A stretch of DNA of 64,000 nt from Candidatus Magasanikiibacteriota bacterium (GCA_018650645.1 JABIFP010000005.1:35486-99485); one strand, 5' to 3'; shown: positions 9,242 through 19,039, counted from the stretch's first letter. Notes: a model not told the origin generated them from the letters alone. Numbers and translations: made by a program.

Positions 9242-10759
9242 TTATTTTAATTTTCTTGTGCCTTCTTTTGGTTTCATACCATCAAGCGGCAATGCAATAA
9301 AGAAGGTTGTTCCTTTGTTCTCTTCAGATTCAAAATAAATAGTTCCACCTGAATTTTCAACAATTGATTTAACAATGTAAAGGCCTAATCCATTTCCCTC
9401 AACATCCATCGATTTAGCATTATCAGCCCGGAATAGTTTAGAGAAAATTTTGCTTTGTTCTTTTTTTGGGATACCGTATCCTGTATCTTTGAAAGTAATG
9501 TACACATGATTCTTTTTTGCCTTTTTTTTGCCAAGAGGCTTCATTGTAACGGAAATATCTACGCTTCCTTTTTCTGGAGTATATTTTACGGCATTACTGG
9601 TAAGATTTTGAAATACTATGCGAAGTAAATTTGAGTCCGCTTGCATAATAGGAACTTCTTTTTCAAAATGTGTTTTTAATTTCAGTTTCTTTTCTTTAAT
9701 TTTTGCTGTTAGTTCTGAAATTACGCTCTTGCTGAGCTTGGGTAAGTCAACATCAGAAAGCTCAACAGAAAATGTGCCCAGTTCGATACGAGAAACATTC
9801 AGAAGTGCGTTTACCAAATCGTTCATGTGTTGATTGCTTTCATATATCTGCTCAGTGTATTCCTTTTGCAGTTTGGTAAGTTTGCCTGTGTCTCCTGAGA
9901 GAATCATTTCAACATACCAGTTAATATTGGTAAGTGGTGTACGCAATTGATGAGATGCGAGTGAAACAAATTCTGTTTTAGCTTGATCAATTTCCTTTTC
10001 TTGAACAATATTTCTAAAGACGATTACCGACCCAACAATTTTTTTACCAAGTACATATGGAGTGACCGTAATGCTAACAGGGAACATCTCTCCCTTCTTT
10101 GGCTGATAGTAAAAACAGTGAGCAATAGAGGTTTTAATACGTTCTCCGGTTGCGAGTGCTTTTACGGTTGGGCGCTCATATACAGGAATGTCTTTTCCAT
10201 CTTCTTTTTTTACCGTTACTGCCTCTACCACAGGTTTTCCAATCATTTCATGGCTGGAATACCCAAGCAAATCTTCTGCAATTGTATTCATGAACAAAAT
10301 ATTTCCATCTTGATCCGTTGCAATTAGTCCATCTCCAATACTGGAAAGGATTGCCTCATTTTTTGATTGCTCTTTCTCACCGAGGATTGATTTTTTTTGT
10401 AAATCGTCAACCAACTCTGTCATTGTTGTGCGCGCAAGTTCAAGCTCCTCATTGCGTTTTGTTTCTTCAGAAAGTTTTGTGGCTAGTGTTTTGCTGTGTT
10501 TTTCGATGGCTTCAGAAATATATCGTGAGATGCTATAAAAAATAGCACTTGAAGTCACAATATATATTAAAGTTACCGAAAGAAATGATGGGGGAGATAT
10601 ACCTCGCTGAGCACTTTCTACTCCAAATACATAAAACAAAAGAATAGGGACAAGCATGAGCATTGCAAGCACGTGTCCAAAGAAGATTTTTGTGTAGATT
10701 CCTTTTGGTTGCGGTTCCATGTGGTGCGCAATCAATAAATTATTCGGAAACTTTTTCAA
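9242..10759 (-). CDS. Sensor histidine kinase (two TM helices, PAS domain, HisKA, HATPase)
   Basis: H-box FVSLASHQLRTPLT; G-boxes DTGYGIP and GNGLGL; PAS-like region between the TM helices and the HisKA domain. Confidence 0.85.
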   Translation of the reverse strand: MKKFPNNLLIAHHMEPQPKGIYTKIFFGHVLAMLMLVPILLFYVFGVESAQRGISPPSFLSVTLIYIVTSSAIFYSISRYISEAIEKHSKTLATKLSEETKRNEELELARTTMTELVDDLQKKSILGEKEQSKNEAILSSIGDGLIATDQDGNILFMNTIAEDLLGYSSHEMIGKPVVEAVTVKKEDGKDIPVYERPTVKALATGERIKTSIAHCFYYQPKKGEMFPVSITVTPYVLGKKIVGSVIVFRNIVQEKEIDQAKTEFVSLASHQLRTPLTNINWYVEMILSGDTGKLTKLQKEYTEQIYESNQHMNDLVNALLNVSRIELGTFSVELSDVDLPKLSKSVISELTAKIKEKKLKLKTHFEKEVPIMQADSNLLRIVFQNLTSNAVKYTPEKGSVDISVTMKPLGKKKAKKNHVYITFKDTGYGIPKKEQSKIFSKLFRADNAKSMDVEGNGLGLYIVKSIVENSGGTIYFESEENKGTTFFIALPLDGMKPKEGTRKLK

Positions 10760-11105
10760 TAACGGTGTTTATGATTTCGTCTACGGTGTGATCAGATTTT
10801 ACTAGGAAATCAACTACGTCATGTTCTAGCAGTTCTGCTTCTTTATTACTCAAGTTGGTGAGCATGATTACTTTTGCAGTTTTCCCCCATTTATCTTTGC
10901 GGAGCTCTTCTAACATTGAGATACCATCTTTTCTTGGCATGATAATATCAGCTAAAATGAGATCTGGATGCTCGGAAAGGGCTAGAGCCAATCCCTCTTC
11001 TCCGTTTTTTGCTAAAAGCACATTAAAACCTTCAGTTTTCAATTTTTCTGAAAGCAAGTGAGACTGAGGTGCCTCATCTTCTACCAAAAGAATTTTCTTA
11101 CTCAT
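10740..11105 (-). CDS. Stand-alone response regulator receiver protein
   Basis: KILLVEDE...DLILADIIMP...K receiver signature; overlaps the kinase gene start, indicating a co-transcribed pair. Confidence 0.85.
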   Translation of the reverse strand: MSKKILLVEDEAPQSHLLSEKLKTEGFNVLLAKNGEEGLALALSEHPDLILADIIMPRKDGISMLEELRKDKWGKTAKVIMLTNLSNKEAELLEHDVVDFLVKSDHTVDEIINTVIEKVSE

Positions 11106-11145
11106 AGAACGCAGTCATTAAATATAAACAAGTATACCACAATTT

Positions 11146-11823
11146 ATGACCGTGATGATAAAGAAGTGCACAGTTATGCACTTTTTTTATAGAAGTGAAA
11201 GAAAATCTGCTATAGTGCGTACTAGTATAGGTAATACAATATTTGTGACACACGCGGTTGCACAACTATCTGATGAGCAAGTAATTCCACATATTCTTAA
11301 AGACAGGGATTTATTTGCTGTGCTCGTGCAGCGATATGAAGAGAAACTCAGAAGATATATTCGGCGCATTATTGCCGTTTCAGAAGAAGATATTGAAGAT
11401 ATCTTACAGGAAGTGTTTATCTCGGTGTATAGAAACTTGCATGGATTTGATACGTCGCTTTCTTTTTCCTCTTGGATATATAGAATAGCGCATAATTATG
11501 TGCGATCACTGCACAGAAAGCGTTCAGTACGGCCAATTTCAGTCGAATTAACGCTGGATCACAGTAAAACAATTGCGGATTCAATCGATATAGCAAAGAC
11601 GTTTGATCAACAGGTGTTATCAGAGAATATTGCTACAGCAATGGCAAAGCTTCCGGATAAGTACAAAGAAGTGCTTATTTTGCAGTATTTAGAGCAAAAA
11701 GACTATAATGAAATAGCAGACATTATCAAAAAGCCTCCAGGCACGGTTGGAACCAGAATAAATCGAGCCAAAAAGAAGCTCAAAGCCCTATTAGCCCAGT
11801 TACCAGAGTCTTATGACCAATGA
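11146..11823 (+). CDS. ECF-type RNA polymerase sigma-70 family factor
   Basis: Region 2 (FISVYRNLHGF...WIYRIAHN) and region 4 (YKEVLILQYLEQKDYNEIADII...GTVGTRINRAKKKL) motifs; the true start may be internal. Confidence 0.8.
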   Translation: MTVMIKKCTVMHFFYRSERKSAIVRTSIGNTIFVTHAVAQLSDEQVIPHILKDRDLFAVLVQRYEEKLRRYIRRIIAVSEEDIEDILQEVFISVYRNLHGFDTSLSFSSWIYRIAHNYVRSLHRKRSVRPISVELTLDHSKTIADSIDIAKTFDQQVLSENIATAMAKLPDKYKEVLILQYLEQKDYNEIADIIKKPPGTVGTRINRAKKKLKALLAQLPESYDQ

Positions 11824-12541
11824 ATTTGAAAAAAAGATCCTTGAAACGCTCAAGGAGAAAGATATCACCCCAAAGTCAAAGTGGGAATTCTTGGTGAAAG
11901 ATTCTATGTTTTGGTCACTTGCAGCGCTTACGGTGCTGCTTGGGGCGGTTTGCGTATCGGCAATTGCGGCAATTTTGCATTCTGGCGATTGGGATATTGT
12001 AGAAAAGTTGGGTCATTCACCAATGGGATATGTTATTGCGCTACTACCGCACGCGTGGGTAATCATATTGGTTGGGTTTATACTTCTTGCGGATTATTAT
12101 GTGCGGCATACAAAAAAGGGATACACCTATTCGCTTTTGGCTATTGTTGCTGTGGTCGTCATAGCGAGTATTGCGCTTGGACTTCTCCTCTTTAGAGTTG
12201 GGGTTGGGCATGATGTTGACGAATTTTTGGCAGAGCGAGTTCCTCATTATAATCAATATGGAAATAAGCGTGAATTGTTCCTATTTCACCCAGAAAGTGG
12301 TGTAATTGCGGGGAAAGTCATCATGATACAGGGAGATAATTGGAATGTTGTTGATAAGCAAAAGCAAAACTGGCATATAGAAACAGAGGAGGCACGTATT
12401 TGGGGAAAGCAACGGATTCGTGTAGGAATGCATGTACGCATTGAGGGAGAAATAGAGGATGATACAGTGGAAGCAGAATATATCAAACCACTTCGACCAC
12501 CAAGACATATGCGTTTTAGGGAGCCGGCAATGGCACAATAG
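11813..12541 (+). CDS. Membrane protein, candidate anti-sigma factor (4-bp ATGA overlap with the sigma gene)
   Basis: Translationally coupled to the ECF sigma gene; 3-4 TM helices and a C-terminal soluble domain; no identifiable anti-sigma motif. Confidence 0.4.
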   Translation: MTNEFEKKILETLKEKDITPKSKWEFLVKDSMFWSLAALTVLLGAVCVSAIAAILHSGDWDIVEKLGHSPMGYVIALLPHAWVIILVGFILLADYYVRHTKKGYTYSLLAIVAVVVIASIALGLLLFRVGVGHDVDEFLAERVPHYNQYGNKRELFLFHPESGVIAGKVIMIQGDNWNVVDKQKQNWHIETEEARIWGKQRIRVGMHVRIEGEIEDDTVEAEYIKPLRPPRHMRFREPAMAQ

Positions 12542-12544
12542 AAA

Positions 12545-12577
12545 AAATATCGCTGTAATAAGCGATATTTTTTATTT
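12545..12577. terminator. Rho-independent terminator (AATATCGC-tgtaata-GCGATATT followed by a T tract)
   Basis: 8-bp inverted repeat followed by TTTTTTATTTTT, immediately after the 11813..12541 CDS. Confidence 0.65.
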
Positions 12578-12655
12578 TTGAAAGAAAATTATGAGAGCGG
12601 CGTATTACTAAGCAGAAGGGCGCAACTTCTTATAGATAATATATAAAAGACGAGT

Positions 12656-13474
12656 ATGAAGATTGATATAAAAAAACACAAAAAGAATATCGCGATTGGA
12701 ACACTTGGTGCAGCATTAATTCTCTCGAGTGGTCTGGTAGTAGTTTCTGCAGCCGAGCATGAGAGAGAAGGAAAACATGATAGAGGTGAGCATGGTGAGG
12801 CTATGCACGAGTTTCATGAGGCTGCTGTAGAAGGAGACTACGCAGAATATAAAGAACTTATTGAAGAAGGTGAATTGCCAGATCGCATGTCAGGCTTTTC
12901 TGAAGCTGAGTTTGCACAAATTGGTGAGATGATTACTTTGCATAAGGCAGGTGATAAAGAAGGTGCTGAAGCAATTCGCGATTCACTTGGATTGCCAGAA
13001 CATAAAGCCGGGCAGCGCAGAATGCACAAACAATTTGAAAACGTAACATTTGAAGATTGGCAAAATCGACTAGAAGAGAAGGGCGTTGATACTGAAAAAC
13101 TTACACAAGAGACGTTTGATGCATTTACTGCAGCAAGAGGTGATAGAGAAGCAATGACAACACTCCATGAATCACTTGGTATTGAAGCGCCGGAAAAGCG
13201 AGGTGATCGAGCACAAAAAGGAGAAAAATTACAGAGATTATTGGAATCAGATTATGAGCAGTGGTCGGAAAACGCGGCTGAAAGAGGAATGAATGAGCAG
13301 CAAATTACACCGGAAGTGTTTGCGGGATTACAGCAAGCGGCAACATTATTTGAAGCCGGAGATAAAGACGGAGCAAAAACAGTACTTGATGAACTTGGGA
13401 TTGAAAAACCAGAAGGACTTCACAAAAAAGATGGAAGCAGACGTGGTAATAGGGTAGACAAGCAAGGAAGATAA
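12656..13474 (+). CDS. Secreted His/Glu-rich protein with three internal ~60-aa repeats
   Basis: Signal peptide; N-terminal HEREGKHDRGEHGEAMHEFHE; repeated units ending ...SLGLPEHK / SLGIEAPEK / ELGIEKPEG. Confidence 0.5.
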   Translation: MKIDIKKHKKNIAIGTLGAALILSSGLVVVSAAEHEREGKHDRGEHGEAMHEFHEAAVEGDYAEYKELIEEGELPDRMSGFSEAEFAQIGEMITLHKAGDKEGAEAIRDSLGLPEHKAGQRRMHKQFENVTFEDWQNRLEEKGVDTEKLTQETFDAFTAARGDREAMTTLHESLGIEAPEKRGDRAQKGEKLQRLLESDYEQWSENAAERGMNEQQITPEVFAGLQQAATLFEAGDKDGAKTVLDELGIEKPEGLHKKDGSRRGNRVDKQGR

Positions 13475-13562
13475 CCTTATTGCCACAAGCATGGACCCGC
13501 AATGCGCGCCCTCTCCCCTGGGGTGCGTTTTGTATTGAATTATTCTCTATATTTGGTATAGT

Positions 13563-14672
13563 TTGAGCACTATGAAAAAGAAAAAAGTACTTATCGTGTC
13601 TGTCTCTGCTGGTTCTGGTCATGTGCGAGCAGCGCAAGCAATTGAACAGGCGGCTGCTGCGTTTCCAAATGCTAAGGTTCAGCATATTGATATGATGGAT
13701 TATGTCTCTGCACCGCTCAAGACAACAATTGTTGATGTATATGAGCAGCTTATTAAGCGTGCCCCGCAATTGTGGCGCTACTTATATGATAAGGCTGATG
13801 AAACAAATCGGATGAATCAATTTTACTCGCTCAGTAAATCAGTGAATCGGGTAAATGCACGCGCATTTTATGCATTTGTAAGCTCGTTTAAACCGGACCA
13901 TGTGATTTGTACACATTCATTTCCGGCACAGGTGCTTCGGCAGGCAAAAGATCCGGAGCTGCACGGAGTTCCCGTTAGTTTAGTAGTCACAGATTATGGC
14001 CTTCACCGTTTTTGGATAGTAAGTGATGTTGCACAGTATTTTGTGGCAACAAAGAAAATTGCTTGGGAGTTGCAACAGCATGGGGTAAACAAAAAATCGA
14101 TTGTTGTTTCGGGAATTCCTGTTGATGCGGCGTTTGCAAAGCGAGCAAATCAAAAACAAATGCGAACAACGTTAGGCCTGCCAGAAAAAAAGACGGTGCT
14201 CATAATGGGCGGGGGAGTTGGTTCCGTGCAAATGGATGATATCGTGAGTTTGTTAAGAGATCAGAAAGATAGTAAACCTCTGCATGTTATTGCCATAGCT
14301 GGGAAAAATGAGAAGTTGCTCAAGCGTTTACGAGCGCAAGAAAAAATCAAATCGCCTGTATCTATTTCTGCATTTGGGTGGAGCAACAACATTGCTGAAT
14401 TTATGGAAGCCGCAGATATTGTAGTGACAAAATCTGGTGGGCTGACAACATCAGAATGTATTGCCAGAAAAAGAATGATGGTTGTTGTTGAGCCGGTACC
14501 TGGGCAAGAAGAAAGAAATGCAGAATTTATTTTGGAACATGGGCTAGGGTTAGTAGCCAGATCTGCAGCAGATTTGTTATATGCACTTACACAAAAAAAG
14601 GAGTACGCACCAACATATAAAGTGCAACCTGCAAAAGCAGCGGCAACCATAATGAAGCGTGTCCTTGCGTAA
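13563..14672 (+). CDS. Glycosyltransferase of the MGDG-synthase / UgtP-like (diacylglycerol glycosyltransferase) family
   Basis: N-terminal KKVLIVSVSAGSGHVRAAQAI (MGDG_synth motif) plus a C-terminal GT28-like domain (GGGVGSV...VTKSGGLTTSE). Confidence 0.75.
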   Translation: MSTMKKKKVLIVSVSAGSGHVRAAQAIEQAAAAFPNAKVQHIDMMDYVSAPLKTTIVDVYEQLIKRAPQLWRYLYDKADETNRMNQFYSLSKSVNRVNARAFYAFVSSFKPDHVICTHSFPAQVLRQAKDPELHGVPVSLVVTDYGLHRFWIVSDVAQYFVATKKIAWELQQHGVNKKSIVVSGIPVDAAFAKRANQKQMRTTLGLPEKKTVLIMGGGVGSVQMDDIVSLLRDQKDSKPLHVIAIAGKNEKLLKRLRAQEKIKSPVSISAFGWSNNIAEFMEAADIVVTKSGGLTTSECIARKRMMVVVEPVPGQEERNAEFILEHGLGLVARSAADLLYALTQKKEYAPTYKVQPAKAAATIMKRVLA

Positions 14673-14683
14673 ATATTCAGTAA

Positions 14684-14712
14684 TAAAAAAACTGCCTTTC
14701 GGCAGCTTTTTT
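14684..14712. terminator. Bidirectional rho-independent terminator (CTGCC-tttc-GGCAG with A and T tracts)
   Basis: Lies between the convergent GT gene (+) and the last pilin-like gene (-). Confidence 0.7.
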
Positions 14713-14713
14713 A

Positions 14714-15256
14714 TTATTTGAGATATACACCATTGTTCCCATCAGCAGAAGGAGGAAGGGGAGAAAAGGCATTAATTCCTCTGTTTGATGGATCAGGGTT
14801 TGGATGTTGTTCTTTTTGTATTTCGATATAGTCACCGCTTCGTTTTTCGTCTCCGGTAGCCAGAGTAAAGGCAAGTAGTGTGAGGGAGTAGGCACTGAGG
14901 ACAACGGCCATACCAATTACACCGTTTCTAACGGTCTTTTTTCCGGTATCAACTCGTTCTTGGTTCCCTTGTGCGGTCATAATCATGTATCCCCCAAAGA
15001 TAATATAAGAGAGAACAATAATACCCAAAAATCCGAGAGCCAGGCGAATAATAAAGGCCGCAACCGCTCTAGGGTCAGTTGGCCGCTCAAATCCGGCCCC
15101 GTCGTCACCGGCAGTTGCCTGCAGTTGCCGCGAGAGGTCGTCTGTATAGCTTCCTTGTGCGTGAATTGGTGCAAGTGGGGTAAATATACCAAAACACAGT
15201 GCAATGCTCAGCAAAAGGGTAGTAATGCGTCTCATAGGTGGTATTATCCTCCCCAT
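14714..15256 (-). CDS. TrbC/VirB2-like pilin-fold protein, paralog 1 (C-terminal Pro/Asn-rich tail)
   Basis: Signal peptide, then the shared module ...FIIRLALGFLGIIVLSYIIFGGYMIMTAQGNQERVDTGKKTVRNGVIGMAVVLSAYSLTLLAF (two TM helices). Confidence 0.7.
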   Translation of the reverse strand: MGRIIPPMRRITTLLLSIALCFGIFTPLAPIHAQGSYTDDLSRQLQATAGDDGAGFERPTDPRAVAAFIIRLALGFLGIIVLSYIIFGGYMIMTAQGNQERVDTGKKTVRNGVIGMAVVLSAYSLTLLAFTLATGDEKRSGDYIEIQKEQHPNPDPSNRGINAFSPLPPSADGNNGVYLK

Positions 15257-15699
15257 TCATCAAAAAGAGTGTCATACGTTTCGCCATCAGGGGTAGTTTG
15301 GCGAATTTGTTCATTTCTGTCTAAACTAGTTTGTGTTATTTTTCCAATGAGTAGGGTAATAGAGTAGGCTCCAAGTACTACGATGAGCCCAATAACAGCG
15401 GTTCTGATGGTTGTTTGCGCTTTTTCTACCTTAGCTTCTTCACCCTTTGCGGTTGCCCACCAAAATCCAGCCATTACCATGAGGATAGTGAATCCGATAC
15501 CTACAACGCTGAGGCCGATTTTGATAACAGAAGTAATGATTTCTTGCGGATCTGCAGAACCGTCAACACCCGCTGTTTGCTCAGAGGCTTTTACTTGTCC
15601 AGAGATTTGTTGGCCAAGAGACTGTTGGGCAAGCGCCGGTGAGGGCAACATGACCAGTAGTGCAAGTGCGGCAGAGATTGTGAGGAAGAGTTTTTTCAT
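15244..15699 (-). CDS. TrbC/VirB2-like pilin-fold protein, paralog 2
   Basis: Signal peptide plus the module VIKIGLSVVGIGFTILMVMAGFWWATAKGEEAKVEKAQTTIRTAVIGLIVVLGAYSITLLIG. Confidence 0.75.
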   Translation of the reverse strand: MKKLFLTISAALALLVMLPSPALAQQSLGQQISGQVKASEQTAGVDGSADPQEIITSVIKIGLSVVGIGFTILMVMAGFWWATAKGEEAKVEKAQTTIRTAVIGLIVVLGAYSITLLIGKITQTSLDRNEQIRQTTPDGETYDTLFDEWGG

Positions 15700-15710
15700 A
15701 GCTGTTTTTT

Positions 15711-16316
15711 TTATCTGCAGAGACCTGCACGAACTTCAGAATATGATGCTGTGCCTACACTTTCTAATCTCACCTGACCTTCACATGCATCTTGAGCTAG
15801 TGCAGGATCTACACCTGTAGTGGCAAATTTTCTACAGTCAACATTGTTGTTTGGCGGACATACCTCGCAACAACCCACCATTTCTCCTCCCGCCTGTTCT
15901 GCCGCTCCGCCACCGGTAGGTTGCCCACCAGCGGTTCGTTCTACAATTCTTGGGACAACAAAGTTGGTAATTGAGTATGAACCAACGGTAATAATTAATC
16001 CAATAACTGCCGTACGCAAAATTCCTTGCGCCTTTTCTACAGCAGATGAGTCCCCGCGTGCATTCATCCAAATGAACCCAGCATAAATGGTGAGGAGTAA
16101 GAAAATCGTTCCCACAAAAGACAGTGCGATCTTAATGACGGAACCAATCGTCTGCGCCAGTGTTGTGTCATTTGTTGCGCCGCTGTATCCCCCCTGTGTT
16201 GCGGCACCTGTGGCGAGTTTTCTACCCAAATCGATTGCTTGCGCATCTACTACAAGGAGGAGGGCCGTAAGTGTTCCTGCTGCACCAGCAAGAGCGAGAA
16301 TTTGTTTCTTATTCAT
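15711..16316 (-). CDS. TrbC/VirB2-like pilin-fold protein, paralog 3, with C-terminal Cys-rich extension
   Basis: Module VIKIALSFVGTIFLLLTIYAGFIWMNARGDSSAVEKAQGILRTAVIGLIITVGSYSITNFVV followed by a tail containing CCEVCPPNNNVDC...C...C. Confidence 0.75.
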   Translation of the reverse strand: MNKKQILALAGAAGTLTALLLVVDAQAIDLGRKLATGAATQGGYSGATNDTTLAQTIGSVIKIALSFVGTIFLLLTIYAGFIWMNARGDSSAVEKAQGILRTAVIGLIITVGSYSITNFVVPRIVERTAGGQPTGGGAAEQAGGEMVGCCEVCPPNNNVDCRKFATTGVDPALAQDACEGQVRLESVGTASYSEVRAGLCR

Positions 16317-16328
16317 AATGTTGCAACA

Positions 16329-16703
16329 TTAGCCGGCAGCTTCAAGCCGTGAAGTAATAAGCGTGGTAATTGCAAATGCGCTCAGCACAACAACAATACC
16401 AATAAGTGAATTTGAAATAATTTTCTTTGCTTTATCTACCTGCGCTTCTTCTCCTCGTGCGGTCATCCAAAGGTATCCAGCGTAAATCATGAGGAGTAAA
16501 AAGATAAGTCCAACGGTGGTGAGGAAGGTGTTAATAACAGTTCCTACAATTACGTCTGGGCTTTCTTGTTGTACACCCGCTTGTCCAGCAGATCGCTTTA
16601 ACAGGGAAGAGGCATTATTCAAATTCCCTTGTGCTAACACTGGCGCAAACATCAGTGTTGTCAGCATAAGTGAAAGAGCAATCACTTTCAGTTTTTTCAT
16701 CAT
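16329..16703 (-). CDS. TrbC/VirB2-like pilin-fold protein, paralog 4 (minimal form)
   Basis: Signal peptide plus VINTFLTTVGLIFLLLMIYAGYLWMTARGEEAQVDKAKKIISNSLIGIVVVLSAFAITTLI. Confidence 0.75.
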   Translation of the reverse strand: MMKKLKVIALSLMLTTLMFAPVLAQGNLNNASSLLKRSAGQAGVQQESPDVIVGTVINTFLTTVGLIFLLLMIYAGYLWMTARGEEAQVDKAKKIISNSLIGIVVVLSAFAITTLITSRLEAAG

Positions 16704-16718
16704 ATAGGGATGTTAAAA

Positions 16719-17315
16719 TTATCCTCCGCAGCGAGCATCGCAGCTTGCTCCGTCAAGATTTGGAACCCAAACACGTGGATGTGATCGAGTATCATCTTGA
16801 GCATCTAAATCATTTGCAATTTGTTGACAGTTTGTCTCAGTATCTAATCGGCAGGCCATAATATCTGGGCCAGTTTCAATAACGCAGCAACCAAGTGCTG
16901 CATCACCAACTTGTCCAGCTGCTGGTGGTGGGGTAGAGCCTGAGCGGTCAATTAATCTTGAAGTAATAAGCGTTGTAATGGCATAGGCACTTACAACAAT
17001 ACTGATACCAATGACGGCAGCAGTAATGGTGCTTTTTGCTTTTTCTACTTGTGCTTCTTCTCCACGGGCAGTCATCCAGAGGAATCCTCCATAGACCATA
17101 AGGACTAGGAAGATAATACCAACAGCGCTGAGGAACAGTTTGATAAGCACCCCACTACTTGTAGCAAGGTCAGTTGTTTCAAGTCCCGTTGGTTCTGTTA
17201 CGGTATTTAAAAATCGAGTGGAATCACCTATTTTGAGCTGCGCTGCTGAAGCTGAAGATGGAAGCAGGAAGGCTGCCAGTAAAAGTGTGAGAATGAGTGA
17301 TTTCCAGAATTTCAT
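16719..17315 (-). CDS. TrbC/VirB2-like pilin-fold protein, paralog 5, with C-terminal Cys-rich extension
   Basis: LIKLFLSAVGIIFLVLMVYGGFLWMTARGEEAQVEKAKSTITAAVIGISIVVSAYAITTLI followed by a tail containing CCVIETGPDIMAC...C...C.ARC; start placed at internal MKFWKS. Confidence 0.75.
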   Translation of the reverse strand: MKFWKSLILTLLLAAFLLPSSASAAQLKIGDSTRFLNTVTEPTGLETTDLATSSGVLIKLFLSAVGIIFLVLMVYGGFLWMTARGEEAQVEKAKSTITAAVIGISIVVSAYAITTLITSRLIDRSGSTPPPAAGQVGDAALGCCVIETGPDIMACRLDTETNCQQIANDLDAQDDTRSHPRVWVPNLDGASCDARCGG

Positions 17316-17338
17316 AAAGGTGTTGGCAATAAAAAGGT

Positions 17339-17932
17339 TTACCCAATACATTGATAGAAAATATCTAAGCAGTTGACTTCACAATCAACGTCGTCATTAC
17401 ATTCAGGTACACAGGCTTCGTAGGGTGTATTACAGCTTAAATATTTTGGTTTGGTAACGCATTTCAAATATTCGGGACCTCGTGTAATTCTTTGACAAGA
17501 ATCATTAGCACCACACGCTTGAGAGGCAAGGCTATCGCAACTTGCTGAAGAATTGGCAACGGCTCCACCACCTCCACCAACAGAGTTAAAGACAAAACTC
17601 GTAATTGCATATGCACCAAGGACTAAGATAAGTCCAATGATTGCAGCAATGATAGTGTCTTTTGCTTTTGTAACCAGTTCTTCTTTTCCATGAGCAGTCA
17701 TCCAAAGGAATCCTCCATAAATCATCAGTACAAAGAAAACGACACCAATAACAGAAAGGGCAGTACCAACAATGGCACCCGTAAGAGTTGGTAAATCTTT
17801 TCCGTAAGCTGCAAGTCCTGATCGATTTGCTGTAGCATCAAGACCATAGTTTCCGGCAGCGAGTGCTGGAGCTACGGTGATTGGAAGCGCTAGGGTGCTT
17901 ACGGCTAGAGTATAAAAAAGTTTCTTAAGCAT
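17339..17932 (-). CDS. TrbC/VirB2-like pilin-fold protein, paralog 6, with C-terminal Cys-rich extension
   Basis: IVGTALSVIGVVFFVLMIYGGFLWMTAHGKEELVTKAKDTIIAAIIGLILVLGAYAITSFV followed by a ~80-aa tail with 14 Cys. Confidence 0.75.
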   Translation of the reverse strand: MLKKLFYTLAVSTLALPITVAPALAAGNYGLDATANRSGLAAYGKDLPTLTGAIVGTALSVIGVVFFVLMIYGGFLWMTAHGKEELVTKAKDTIIAAIIGLILVLGAYAITSFVFNSVGGGGGAVANSSASCDSLASQACGANDSCQRITRGPEYLKCVTKPKYLSCNTPYEACVPECNDDVDCEVNCLDIFYQCIG

Positions 17933-17940
17933 AGGGAATA

Positions 17941-18672
17941 TTAAGGTTGATCAGGAACAATATCTAGTGGTGCGGGGTTGTTATTGAGAATGTCATCTTC
18001 CCTGTCATTGTCATTGGGTATCCGATCTTCAACATTTCCAACCTCCGCATCAAGGCCTAAATCAAGATCAGAATTACGAAGTACGCATCGTTCATCGCTA
18101 CACATTAGGGCATCACCACCTTGCGGACCAATACAATCAGAATCTTGTGCACAAGCAACTCCCAAAATCGATTTACATTGTCCTGCATCACAATAAGAAT
18201 CACTATCAGGACAGTCAAAGTCTGTACTACAGGCCGTTATGGGTGGATTTGTGCTTCCTGCCCCTCCACTTGGCGTCCCCGCACTATTAAACACTAAATT
18301 CGTTACCGCATACGCCACTAAAATAACCACTACACCAATGATCGCTGCCGTTACAGATTCTTTTGCTTTATTAATGAGTGTTTCGTCTCCTCTTGCGGTC
18401 ATCCAGATAAATCCGGCGTATACTATTATGATAAAGAAGAGTACGCCAAGCAGTGAAAGCGCGTTGGCTATAATTCTTCCGGCTAGTTGCAAGAGTGCTG
18501 GGCCATTTTTTTCATTAATTGATTTGTCTGCAAGTTCTGCGGTTGCTACTGTTTCTCTTAATCCTGCGGCTGGATTTGATTGCACTGCAGAAACGGTCAT
18601 TGGCAAAAGTAATGCAAGACCGCATACACTTAGCAGCAATAATCGAGTAAAACTATGCAGGCGTAAGAACAT
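17941..18672 (-). CDS. TrbC/VirB2-like pilin-fold protein, paralog 7, with C-terminal Cys/Asp-rich extension
   Basis: IIANALSLLGVLFFIIIVYAGFIWMTARGDETLINKAKESVTAAIIGVVVILVAYAVTNLV followed by CSTDFDCPDSDSYCDAGQC...; start placed at internal MFLRLHSF (ATG confirmed at 18670-18672). Confidence 0.75.
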   Translation of the reverse strand: MFLRLHSFTRLLLLSVCGLALLLPMTVSAVQSNPAAGLRETVATAELADKSINEKNGPALLQLAGRIIANALSLLGVLFFIIIVYAGFIWMTARGDETLINKAKESVTAAIIGVVVILVAYAVTNLVFNSAGTPSGGAGSTNPPITACSTDFDCPDSDSYCDAGQCKSILGVACAQDSDCIGPQGGDALMCSDERCVLRNSDLDLGLDAEVGNVEDRIPNDNDREDDILNNNPAPLDIVPDQP

Positions 18673-18673
18673 A

Positions 18674-19039
18674 CTAATATCTATACGGGACTCCCGTTGT
18701 TGCTTCAAATAAGGCACCAGAAACAAATTGTGTGATTGCAAATGCAGCAAGAACAACTCCAAGACCAATAGCCGCAGCTTGTATAGTTCCCTTTGCTTTA
18801 TCAATAGCTTCTGAATTTCCTTGACTCGTCATCCACTGAAAACCGGCTTTGATGATGAGAGACACAAAGATAATACCGAGTAAACCGAGTGCCACATTGA
18901 TAATAGAAACGGCGGTAACGCGTACATCTCTTGATCCTAAACCTGTGGCAGCCCCGTATTCAAGGCCGATGTCTTGCGCAGAAGCGGCAACTGGGAGTGC
19001 TACAAATGCGGCGCAAATTGTCCAAAACGAATATTTCAT
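18674..19039 (-). CDS. TrbC/VirB2-like pilin-fold protein, paralog 8
   Basis: IINVALGLLGIIFVSLIIKAGFQWMTSQGNSEAIDKAKGTIQAAAIGLGVVLAAFAITQFV; start placed at internal MKYSFW (ATG at 19037-19039). Confidence 0.7.
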   Translation of the reverse strand: MKYSFWTICAAFVALPVAASAQDIGLEYGAATGLGSRDVRVTAVSIINVALGLLGIIFVSLIIKAGFQWMTSQGNSEAIDKAKGTIQAAAIGLGVVLAAFAITQFVSGALFEATTGVPYRY

